A stretch of DNA of 64,000 nt from Auanema rhodensis (Eukaryota; Animalia; Nematoda), in contig OZ059895.1 in the NCBI GenBank assembly GCA_964057225.1, positions 10,912,001 to 10,976,000 of the forward strand, in the 5' to 3' direction. The notes beneath the pieces are model-generated. The model made no database searches. It had not been told where the DNA came from and saw only the letters and a list, made by a program, of their open reading frames with translations. The position numbers were made by a program, and so were the translations under genes. This document shows, in pieces, positions 8,270-18,346 of this stretch; position 1 is the first letter of the stretch, and each line of letters begins with the position of its first letter.

Positions 8270-9950
8270 TTCTCCGTACACAGAACACATAATTATGCAT
8301 TTACACAGAGAATGCATGCACCAAGGGCGAGATTTTGTTCTAACACTCTTGCGTCAAAAATACTTTTTAAGTAGACCATCAAGCATAGTCAGATCAGTTC
8401 TCAAAACATGCACAATCTGCAATAGATACAACGCTTTGCCGTTTGGAACGTCCTTAATGCCAGCATTGCCTAAGGATAGAGTAATTCTAACAAAACCATT
8501 CATGAGTACAGGTTGTGACTTATTAGGTCCAATAACCATAAAGGATGGTAAAAAGATATTTATATGTCTGTTTACTTGTTTAGCTATAAGAGCTATACAC
8601 CTAGAAATAGTTTTTGACCAATCAACAAAGGCATTCTTAAACGCTTTTGAAAGGTTCATTGGAAGAAGAGGTATTCCAGAAATAATACGAAGTGATAATG
8701 GAGGAAACTTCTTATTAAGTGTTAAAGTAATAGAGTTTTACACAGAAAACCATGAATCAAAAAATGAAAAAACATTAACCAATTATCTTGCCGAAAAGAA
8801 TATTAAATGGTACTTCAACACACCACAGGCTCCATGGAAAGGTGGAACATGGGAAAGACTAGTAGGACTAACAAAGTTAGCACTATACAAAACAATTGGA
8901 AATAAATTAATGTCATTTGATGATATACATACAGTAATTGTAAAAATCGAAACAATTTTAAATACTCGCCGCTTACACATCCGAACCCATCCAACCTGAA
9001 CATTTTGCCTATCAGACCTTGTGATTTTTTAAACCGTTACATCAGGTTTACACTTTTTTCAAACGTATCGAATACCCGAATTTATGATAAAACTATCAAT
9101 AGCAGGACAATACAAACTATAGAGCAAGCCATTGAAGCAATAGAGTTATCTAACGATGTAACTCAACTATTCTGGAAAAAATTCTATTCCGAGTATTTAA
9201 TTTATCTTAGAGATATTTACAAACACAACAGAAAACGACCTGCAACGAACGCTAAGAAACCACAAGAAGGAGAAGTTATTATAATACAGAATGATGATTC
9301 AAGTAGAGGTAAATGGAAATTAGGACGCATAATAGAACTGATAAAAAGTGCAGATGGGGAAGTTAGATCTGCAAAACTAATAACTGGCACTGGTCTTATA
9401 ACAACTCGTTCATTAAACCACATATATCCACTACAAGTGAAAAACGCAGAAACAGCACCGTTTGCGTCAGAACCTCACTCAATGAAATACAATAAAAAAT
9501 ACCAAGTGAATTCATTTTTAATCACCGGGACGGTAAAACAAAAAGGAAATCGGGTTGAAAATGTTGAAAATATTGAACACCTTGAAAACACTCAAGAAAG
9601 TGAACGAAATAACGATGTAATACCACTCGACATCTATACACCCAACATGAATATCATGAACGAAGCAGGAAACGAAAATAATTCTAATGATACGAACTTA
9701 GAGCAAGCGGAAGATCAAACAAATGAGATAACTCTTCAAACCAAAAACGAATCCACACTATCAAATCTGAATAGATGGTTCAAACAAAAACACAAGGTAG
9801 ACAAGCAGCTGTAAGAAGTTATTTTAAGAAAAATAAAATGAAAACGATTGTTCCAAAAGTAGCTTTTCTTGGAATAATTCCAACGGTTGAGGCTACATGC
9901 CAATCCTCTGAATTGCTAACAGCGGAAGCATTATATTTCCCTCAATGTAT
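8270..9950 (+). mobile_element. BEL/Pao (Belpaoviridae) LTR retrotransposon fragment: integrase plus C-terminal domain, disrupted
   Basis: HHCC (H..CMHQG..CTIC), PF..TGCDLLGP, IRSDNG.NF, PWKGG.WERLVG, and a DUF5641-like FWKKF..EYL..LR..WKLGRI....DGEVRSA block. Frame break at ~8999. Confidence 0.92.
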
Positions 9951-10002
9951 TTTTTGTTACGGAAGAGATAAAATTGAAAATCAGCTGTAAAAAAATTTGA
10001 AA

Positions 10003-10098
10003 AGCTTACGGCACCCGGGATTTCCAAGCCGTCTCCGATACAAGTACTAACCGGGCCTAACGTTGCTTGACTTGCCAGATCGGACGGGATGGCGTACT
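10003..10098 (-). pseudogene. 5S rRNA pseudogene, 5'-truncated
   Basis: Reverse complement of 5S nt ~24-119 with substitutions. Confidence 0.85.
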
Positions 10099-10262
10099 CT
10101 ACATTTTTCCGATACAAGATTGTAAATAATTTGCTACCTTCGGTTGAGCTATCTAAGTAAAACTGCTGGAAAATTGAAAACATTTGTTACGGAAGAGATA
10201 AAATTGAAAATCAGCTGCATGGCGTTCTTTCAACGTGGCATGATCGTTGAAAAAATTTGAAA

Positions 10263-10316
10263 AGCTTACGGCAACCGGGATTCCCAAGCCGTCTCCGATC
10301 CAAGTACTAACCGGGC
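10263..10316 (-). pseudogene. 5S rRNA 3' fragment at the inversion breakpoint
   Basis: Reverse complement of the last ~54 nt of 5S. Confidence 0.85.
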
Positions 10317-10681
10317 TGATTTTCAATTTTATCTCTTCCGTAACAAATGTTTTCAATTTTTACTTAGTCAGTTTTACTTAGATAGCTGAACCGAAGGCAG
10401 CAAATTATCTTCAATCTTATTCCTATATTACAGTTATAAACCCGTAGTTAATGAACCTTTATCTTAACTTTACTGTTTCTATCTATTTCCTATTGTAACA
10501 AACATTGCTTAAACACTATACAACTGTGAAACCTTTTTTAATTTATTGTATTTGGAGCTCATAAGATTTGATATCATCGAGGAATTTCGATGGAACGTGG
10601 AAAATTACATAACTAACATGAAATAGGAAAAAAAACATTAACGAGGAAAAGTATGCAAATCATTGAATATCAGATATTTTC

Positions 10682-10800
10682 GCTTACGACCATACCACGT
10701 TGAAAGTACGCCATCCCGTCCGATCTGGCAAGTCAAGCAACGTTGGGCCCGGTTAGTACTTGGATCGGAGACGGCTTGTGAATCCCGGGTGCCATAAGCT
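10682..10800 (+). rRNA. 5S rRNA (variant, 2 substitutions)
   Basis: 119 nt GCTTACGACCATACCACG...TAAGCT followed by an oligo-T terminator; nematode-type sequence. Confidence 0.92.
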
Positions 10801-11211
10801 TTTTAAATTTTTTTAACGATCCTACCACGTTGAAAGTACGCCATGCAGCTGATTTTCAATTTTATCTCTTCCGTAACAAATGTTTTCAATTTTCCAGCAG
10901 TTTTACTTAGATAGTTCAACCCAAGGCATCAAAATATCTTCAATCTTATTTCTATATTACAGTTATAACCCAGTAGTTTATGAACCTTCATCTTAACTTT
11001 ACTGTTTCTATCTATTTCCTATTGAAACAAACATTGTTTAAACACTATACAACTGTGAAACCTTTTTTAATTTATTGTATTTGAAGTTCATAAGATTTGA
11101 TATCATCGAGGGATTTAGATGGAAAGTGGAAAATTACATAACTAACATGAAATTGGAAAAAAAAACAATAACGAGAATAAGTGTGTAAATCATTGAATAT
11201 CAGATATTTTC

Positions 11212-11330
11212 GCTTACGACCATACCACGTTGAAAGTACGCCATCCCGTCCGATCTGGCAAGTCAAGCAACGTTGGGCCCGGTTAGTACTTGGATCGGAG
11301 ACGGCTTGGGAATCCCGGGTGCCGTAAGCT
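11212..11330 (+). rRNA. 5S rRNA (consensus copy)
   Basis: 119 nt with complementary ends (GCTTACG/CGTAAGC), intact internal control region and T-run terminator. Confidence 0.96.
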
Positions 11331-11741
11331 TTTCAAATTTTTCGTAAGATCATGCCACGTTGAAAGAACGCCATGCGGCTGATTTTCAATTTTATCTCTT
11401 CCGTAACAAATGTTTTCAATTTTCCAGCAGTTTTACTTAGATAGTTCAACCCAAGGCATCAAAATATCTCCAATCTTATTTCTATATCACAGTTATAACC
11501 CAGTAGTTTATGAACCTTCATCTTAACTTTACTGTTTCTATCTTTTTCCTATTGAAACAAACATTGTTTAAACACTATACAACTGTGAAACCTTTTTCAA
11601 TTTATTGTATTTGGAGCTCATAAGATTTGATATCATCGAGGAATTTCGATGGAACGTGGAAAATTACATAACTAACATGAAATTGGAAAAAAAAACAATA
11701 ACGAGAATAAGTATGTAAATCATTGAATATCAGATATTTTT

Positions 11742-11860
11742 GCTTACGACCATACCACGTTGAAAGTACGCCATCCCGTCCGATCTGGCAAGTCAAGCAA
11801 CGTTGGGCCCGGTTAGTACTTGGATCGGAGACGGCTTGGGAATCCCGGGTGCCGTAAGCT
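11742..11860 (+). rRNA. 5S rRNA (consensus copy)
   Basis: Identical to 11212-11330. Confidence 0.96.
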
Positions 11861-11871
11861 TTTCAAATTTT

Positions 11872-11990
11872 CTTAACGACCATACCACGTTGAAAGAACG
11901 CCATCCCGTCTGATCTGGCAAGTCTAGCAACGTTGGGCCCGGTTAGTACTTGGATCGGAGACGGCTTGGGAATCCCGGGTGCCGTAAGCT
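11872..11990 (+). rRNA. 5S rRNA variant or pseudogene, second member of a head-to-tail dimer (130-bp period)
   Basis: Altered 5' end (cttaacgac), 3 internal substitutions, no upstream spacer. Confidence 0.8.
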
Positions 11991-12371
11991 TTTCAAATTT
12001 TTTTACAGCTGATTTTCATTTTTATCTCTTCCGTAACAAATGTTTTCAGTTTTCCAGCAGTTTTACTTAGATAGCTCAACCCAAGGCATCAAAATATCTT
12101 CAATCTTATTCCTATATTACAGTTATGAACCAGTAGTTTATGAACCTTCATCTTAACTTTACTGTTTCTATCTATTTCCTATTGAAACAAACATTGTTTA
12201 AACACTATACAACTGTGAAACCTTTTTTAATTTATTGTATTTGGAGTTCATAAGATTTGATATCATCGAGGGATTTAGATGGAAAGTGGAAAATTACATA
12301 ACTAACATGAAATTGAAAAAAAAAACAATAACGAGAATAAGTGTGTAAATCATTGAATATCAGATATTTTT

Positions 12372-12490
12372 GCTCACGACCATACCACGTTGAAAGTACG
12401 CCATCCCGTCCGATCTGGCAAGTCAAGCAACGTTGGGCCCGGTTACTACTTGGATCGGAGACGGCTTGGGAATCCCGGTTGCCGTAAGCT
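12372..12490 (+). rRNA. 5S rRNA variant (3 substitutions)
   Basis: 119-nt match to the consensus copy. Confidence 0.88.
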
Positions 12491-12836
12491 TTTCAAATTT
12501 TTTTAACGATCATTCCACGTTGAAAGAACGCCATGCAGCTGATTTTCAATATTATCTCTTTCGTAACAAATGTTTTCAATTTTCCAGCAGTTTTACTTAG
12601 ATAGTTCAACCGAAGGCAGCAAATTATCTTCAATCTCATTCCTATATTACAGTTATAAACTAGTAGTTTATGAACCTTTATCTTAACTTTACTGTTTCTA
12701 TCTATTTCGTATTGTAACAAACATTGTTTAAACACTATACAACTGTGAAACCTTTTTTAATTTATTGTATTTGGAGCTCATAAGATTTGATATTATCGAA
12801 GGATTTAGATGGAACGTGGAAAATTACATAACTAAC

Positions 12837-13249
12837 CGTTCCATGGTAGTTCCCCAGGGTTCCGGCTGGCTAACCACATGGAATTATTTTCTTTTTTTCG
12901 AAATATAAATGATAAAGAGTATAGAGAGAAAGGTTTATTCATGATAAAGTATACAAATTACAATAATAAAAGTTACATAATGATTCCTAGTCGCAGCCCA
13001 AAGGACTCGTAAGGAAACCTTATATAGTTTTCCTTACGAGCATAAAAAGTGGTTATATCAGGTCCGCGGAACTTGGTTCCGCTTGAATTGGGCTTTCTTT
13101 AATTAAACTTAATATGAAAAAGTGTTCGTTCATTATTGCATTGAATTCCTGTTTCTCAAATGTAGCGTCAGCTATTTGTTTTTATAATATTCCATTTTAT
13201 ACGCGATTGACGTTGTCAATCGCTCTACTTATAGGACACGTATGGAACA
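12837..13249 (-). repeat. 3' LTR (413 bp)
   Basis: Direct repeat of 23150-23543 (~6 substitutions and one 19-bp indel by eye). Minus-strand ends are TGTTCCAT...ATGGAACG. Confidence 0.96.
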
Positions 13250-13451
13250 TGCCTAATATCGAAAAAGTAGCTGACCTCAGCTACATCGAGAAAGTGAAAT
13301 TCCATGCAAATGTGAAAGTTGTATGAAATGTTTTAAAAAATAAAAGAATACTGATAATACAGAATAATTTTATGAGAAAAAAATAAAAGAAAACAATGTA
13401 AATACAAAATAATATATCATACATCATACTGGGAATCTTTCAAAAGTTGTT

Positions 13452-14052
13452 TTAGTCTTCTTCATAATACTGGTGTATCTCTGGTAATGGTGATGATCCT
13501 AGGTCGTGGAGAAGATCCATAGTCTTGTTGCATAAATCCGTTTTTCTTTCCATTTCTTCTTGAGTGGTTGCTGGTGATGCCAGAAATATTTGTAGAGCAT
13601 TTATAATGCTTTTTCTTGCCTCTGTGGATGGCAGTTCGCTGCAATATTGCAGGCTCCATTCTTGGTAGGCCAATTGGGTCTCGGCAATAATCCAGTTTGG
13701 TGTCTGCTGTTTGTGAATCGCAACTAGGTGAATAACCTAGTTGGTCCCTTAGTTCAGCAATGGCATCTCGGATGACTCCTGCTATGCTGACCCATGGTCC
13801 TATGCAGTGATCAACTTCCGATAGTCGATCCTTGTCGTATTGGTAACATAGGATTTTGAGCGTTTCAGTACTAGTATTCGCTCTTGTTAGTCCTTGAACT
13901 AACTCCTTCAGGATCTTCTCTTTCCTGGGGCGGTTGGCGATGGTATTGGCGCCTAGCTGCTTCAATTCTCTTACTAATAGTTGAATTGAAAGCCATCTCT
14001 TTTTGGCCATCATGAGGGGAATTTCGACGGCTTCAGGAAATTGGGTGGACAT
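13452..14052 (-). CDS. Accessory ORF of unknown function between pol and the 3' LTR (probably one ~200-aa helical protein split by a frameshift near 13680)
   Basis: ORF 13462-14052 and overlapping ORF 13452-13673, sense to the element, no recognisable motif. Confidence 0.55.
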
Positions 14053-14451
14053 TGTTATCTTTGTTACTGTTTTTCTGTCCTTTTATTCTTTTAAAACTAG
14101 GTCGGTCTGTTCCTTCCTTTTTTGTCGCCTCCTTTTTGACCAGTTAGGTGAAAAAGTGATGAAGATTGTTAATTGAAACTTTGCAGTGATTTTTGAAAGA
14201 TTCCAAGTATGACTGTTGTACTGTTGGTGCCACGAAGTTTGGGTCCGGGATCTGACTCTTCGAAACTCTCTTCTTCGGCTCTGTTACTGGTATGGTGCTG
14301 TGATACCTTAACGGCACATGATAAGGCTTTGCTGGCGTTGTAGGAAAATTATCTTCTAATCCCAATGCCAATTTAAGTGCTGAACTCCATTTCTTAATTG
14401 TGGGTGGCTCCTTCTTTCGTTCCTCATACAATTCTTCCCTTGCGTTTTCTT

Positions 14452-15900
14452 CTATTTCCTCTGATAGTTTTTGAAAAGCCTTGATCGTCTGGTTTTGTTC
14501 TCTAGACTCTGTTGTTGACGTTTCTTCTGTGCGTCCTGATTTGGACTGATTTGTGAACTTTCCGCAAGTTCTATGTCTGTTTCCAAAGTATTTTCGTTGA
14601 TATTTGTTGTCGACGGGCTGTTTCGTGTAAATGGTTGTTCGTTTTGATAGAACGTTTCTTCTTCACTGTCCGAATCAGATAAATGAGTTCTGATCATCAG
14701 TGTAATTTCTGCCGTTGGGTTGTCATCCGGAGGGAAAAATCTGATATTATTTTTGTGAGCCTTCATCGTTTTTCCTTCACTATCTGCTAACGTAACGTTA
14801 TTTCCAATTATCTTCTTGATGATATATGGTCCATCGCTCGTCTTTTGCAATTTGTTCGTTGGTTTTGTTCGTTTGACCAATGCCCTATCGTCTACGTAGA
14901 TCTCTCTTTCTTCCGTTCTGTGTTTCTCGTCATATTTCTTTTTCATCCTTTCATTACTTAATTCAATACTTTTCTGAATCTTCTCATGTAGATCTGGGGT
15001 GTTCTTGATTGTGGCTTATGGTGTTTCTAGGGTCTTATCCATTGGTAAACGAGCTGTTTGTCTAAATAGACAATCGTAGGGTGGTGTGCGAGTTGTGGCG
15101 TTTGGTAGTCGATTGATCGTAAAGACAATTTTGGGTAAAATACTGTCCCAATTATCTTGATCGGCATTAACGTAAGAAGTTAATGCTTCTTCCAGCGTTC
15201 TATGTAGTCGTTCTATTTGACCATTTGCGTTCTTGTAGTATGGCATAGTAGTGTGATGTTCCGATTTAAAATTATCGCACATGCTTTTGAATTCGTGTGA
15301 GACAAAGTTTGATCCATTGTCTGTGATGATTTTCTTTGGGGGTCCGAAGACATAGAATAAGTGTGTCATAATAGCTGATACTAATTCTTCTGATGTCTGA
15401 CGAATTAATGGTATCGCTATAATCCATTTGGAAAATGCGTCCTGTATAGATAAAATGTATCTATTATCCTTTGCAGTTCTAGGTAATGGTCCTAGTATGT
15501 CCATGTGAACTCGTTCTCATGGATGTGTCACTGTTGGGAAGTTTCTCATTGGTTCGACTGTGGCTTCATGTGGGTTATTTTTCCTCTTTGCACAGTCGAG
15601 ACATCTGTTCACATTTCTTGTGATATCATCCTGTATTCCTGTCCAAGTGTACCGTCGCAAAATGGAGTCTTGAGTCTTATTGATTCCAAGATGTGCTCCG
15701 AGAATGGGGTCTTTGTGGAATTTCTCAATAATTGGTGTGGTAATTGATGAGTCACTTGGCAGAATAGCTCGTGGAGTTTGTAGAGCTGATTTGGGTTCAG
15801 CGTATAGAACATCATTCAAAACAATGTATCTATCCGTTATTTGTGTCCCAGCATTGTTATTTGACAGCTTCTCCTTAGTTTCTTTGATCCATTCTGTGTC
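14452..15900 (-). pseudogene. Gypsy integrase (HHCC, DDE core, GPY/F module, long hydrophilic tail)
   Basis: H.....AHLG..C.DC; MDILGP..QDAFSK..ITDNGSNF..NGQIERLH; DGPYIIKK. Confidence 0.95.
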
Positions 15901-15999
15901 GTTTTGAATGGTCCTTAGGTCCGTTACAGTTGAGATTGTCGAAACTTGATGAGATGTTGTCTTTATTGTCGGCTTCTTTTTCCTTTCTTTTGCTTCGTT

Positions 16000-17330
16000 A
16001 ATTTCGTCCTCAAAGTACCTTGATAAAGCGTCGCAAACGCTATTAAGGCGTCCTGGGCGATAGATAATTTCAATGTCATACTCTTGGAGTACTATTTGAA
16101 ATTTGGCTAATCTTCCAATAAGATCTTTTCTTGTCATAAGACTGGTTAAAGGTCTATGATCGGTAATAATTTTGATCGGTGCCCCTAGGATGTAGGTACG
16201 AAATTGGTGAACCGCAAAAGTTAGAGCTAAGGCTTCAATCTCAATGGGGGGATAGTTCCTTTCTGCTCTGTTCAGTTTACGGCTAGCGAAAGCTATTGGG
16301 TGCAGTGGTTCTCGATCGTCCGCGGATTGCAATAAAACTGCTCCTACTGCAATAATGCTTCCGTCGCTTTCGACTACATATGGCCGTTTTGCTCTAGGCG
16401 CTTGGAGAACTGGTGCTTCACAAAGTGCTTTCTTTAGGTGTTGAAAAGATTTTTCTTCTTTGTCTCCCCATGTGAAGGTTTTATCCTTTTTTGTGAGGTC
16501 ATAAAGCCATAAAGCGGTGATGCAATGCCTGCGGCATTTCTAATGAATCTCCGAGTAGTTTACAACTCCCATGAATGCTCGAACTCCTGTGATTGATTTT
16601 GGTCTTGGATAATCTTGGATTGCTTTTACTTTTTGAGGGTCTGGTTTCATTCCTTCGTGTCCAACAATGAATCCTAGGAATTTGACTTCTTGTTGTCCAA
16701 AGGTACATTTCTTAAGCTTGATTTTTAATCCTAGCTCTGCTGATGCGTTCAGTACTTCGTCGATATCTTGTAAATGTTTCGTCGTTGATTCCGATATGAG
16801 AAGTAGATCGTCGAGATAGACAAAAAGCTTGCATCGTACGTGTTGTTGTAAATATCGTACAGCATTTTGGAATGTGTGTGGAGCTCCGCAGAGTCCCATC
16901 GGCATTCTGCAGTATTGATAAGTTCCGCTCGTAGTAGTGAATGCGGTGAGGTGTCTATCTTCTGATCTAAGAGGGATTTGAAAGAATCCAGATACTAGAT
17001 CAAAGTTACTGAAGATAGGTGCTCCGGCTGCTAGGTCCAAGATGTCTTGAATGTTAGATATAACGTAGATTTGTTTTTGCGTTATTGCGTTGAGTGCTCG
17101 AAAATCAGTCACAAATCTGTTATTCCTTGTTCTAACATTTCCTCCACTTGTTTTTCTACTTCTTCTTGTTGTGATAGAGGTATTCTGTACGTGATCTTGA
17201 AAGATGGAACTTTTCCTTCGATGATCGGGATGCTATGTTCAACTGGTCCTCTGAAAAGACCGATATTTCGATCCTCGTTCAAGAAAGCTTCCTTATTTCT
17301 AAGTACTATTTCCTTTAATTGTTGTCTTTC
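16000..17330 (-). pseudogene. Gypsy reverse transcriptase and RNase H
   Basis: DFRALN, DLVSGFFQI, TAF.T..G.YQY.RMPMGL, YLDD; RH motifs PIAFASRKL..AERNY..IE.EALA..TDHRPL. About 20 codons appear deleted near 17115. Confidence 0.96.
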
Positions 17331-17770
17331 TAATTGAGTGAAGATGGAATTTGAGACATCTAGATCTTTTATGAAATCATCTGGGAAGAATGGTAGTTGA
17401 TCTTCCCATCTTGCTTCTGGTGGTACATATTGTCCTTTTTGCTCTTCCGTGTTTTTGGGGATAGCATAAGCTGTTTCAATGCCTTGGTTTGCCTGGACTT
17501 CGATTGTATCCGAAGAGATATTTGTAGCAAATATCTGGACTCCATATCCTGTTGGGGTGAAAGTTGTAGGCGCAAAACTCATTTTTCCTGCTCGTTGTGA
17601 GCTTCTAATGAAAGCTTGTTCGAATGAGGCGGATTCATTTACTTCCAAAGTTAGAGATCTTGTTTCTCCGGGGTAAAATTGTTTAGTTTCCAGACTAACA
17701 ACTTGTGTAATTGTGTGTTTTTCTGTTCATGCATTATAGTTTTAAGCTAGAGGTACCGTGGTATCTCCAA

Positions 17771-18125
17771 TCAGCAATGAATTTTGCAGAGGGCGTAAGG
17801 AGGTGAGGATTCCTTCTCTGTTGAGTGCTTCAAAAAATCTATTCCAAGCAATATTGGTGCTGGGCAATGATTGTCAGAAGATATCAATATTTTGTGGTCA
17901 ATTTCGGTCTTTCCAATTATTATTGACAGTCTTGTATATCCTAGGAAGGAAAATCGAGACTTGTTTGCTACAACAGCTGTAGTTTTCTCAGCTACCATTT
18001 TTGCTGCCGGTAATTGATTGAAAGTGCTCTCTTTCATATATGAAATTGATGCACCTGTATCCCATAATGCAGTAAAAACTTGGTTGTAAATTGATATGGG
18101 TAGGAATGGTAATCGGGATCCCCCA
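17771..18125 (-). CDS. Retropepsin aspartic protease (C-terminal part of the 528-aa Env-PR ORF 17771-19357)
   Basis: ALWDTGASISYM (DTG at 18053-18061) and ILLGIDFL. Confidence 0.93.
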
Positions 18126-18346
18126 ATGTAGTTTATCTTTGATTCTTTAATAGCGTACCTGGGCAGATAGGTTAGCAGATCGCTATCTGTTAATGGTGCA
18201 TCGGGATCATAGCGTGAAAGTGGAGCATGGTAGTTGTCTTGTGTCGCTCTTCTTAACGGCAGAAGTTCGGTCTCTTGGGCTGGATGTTCTCTTCTTTCTT
18301 CGTCATCTTCTTCAATATAATTGATGGGAATTCTTGTGACACGTGC

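Larger units (their letters stand above)
9953..12836. repeat. 5S rDNA tandem array, left part (~530-bp unit); 9953-10316 is inverted
   Basis: 5S genes at 530-bp spacing (10682, 11212, 11742) with a conserved AT-rich spacer. Strand switch at ~10316. Confidence 0.93.

Noticed and set aside
10800-11211. SL1 spliced-leader RNA gene in the 5S spacer, as in many nematodes
   Set aside because: No GGTTTAATTACCCAAGTTTGAG on either strand. The nearest look-alike (gttataacccagtag) lacks the AG/GT donor and a clear Sm site. A covariance-model search would be needed to exclude a divergent SL.
9893-12735. ORFs such as MTCQIGRDGVLSTWYG...
   Set aside because: Antisense translations of 5S rRNA and its spacer.
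14144-14730. Chromodomain at the integrase C-terminus
   Set aside because: No aromatic-cage or Y.VKW motif; the tail is low-complexity and hydrophilic.
17400-17720. dUTPase between protease and RT
   Set aside because: Beta-rich spacer, but none of the five dUTPase motifs is recognisable; at most a degenerate linker.
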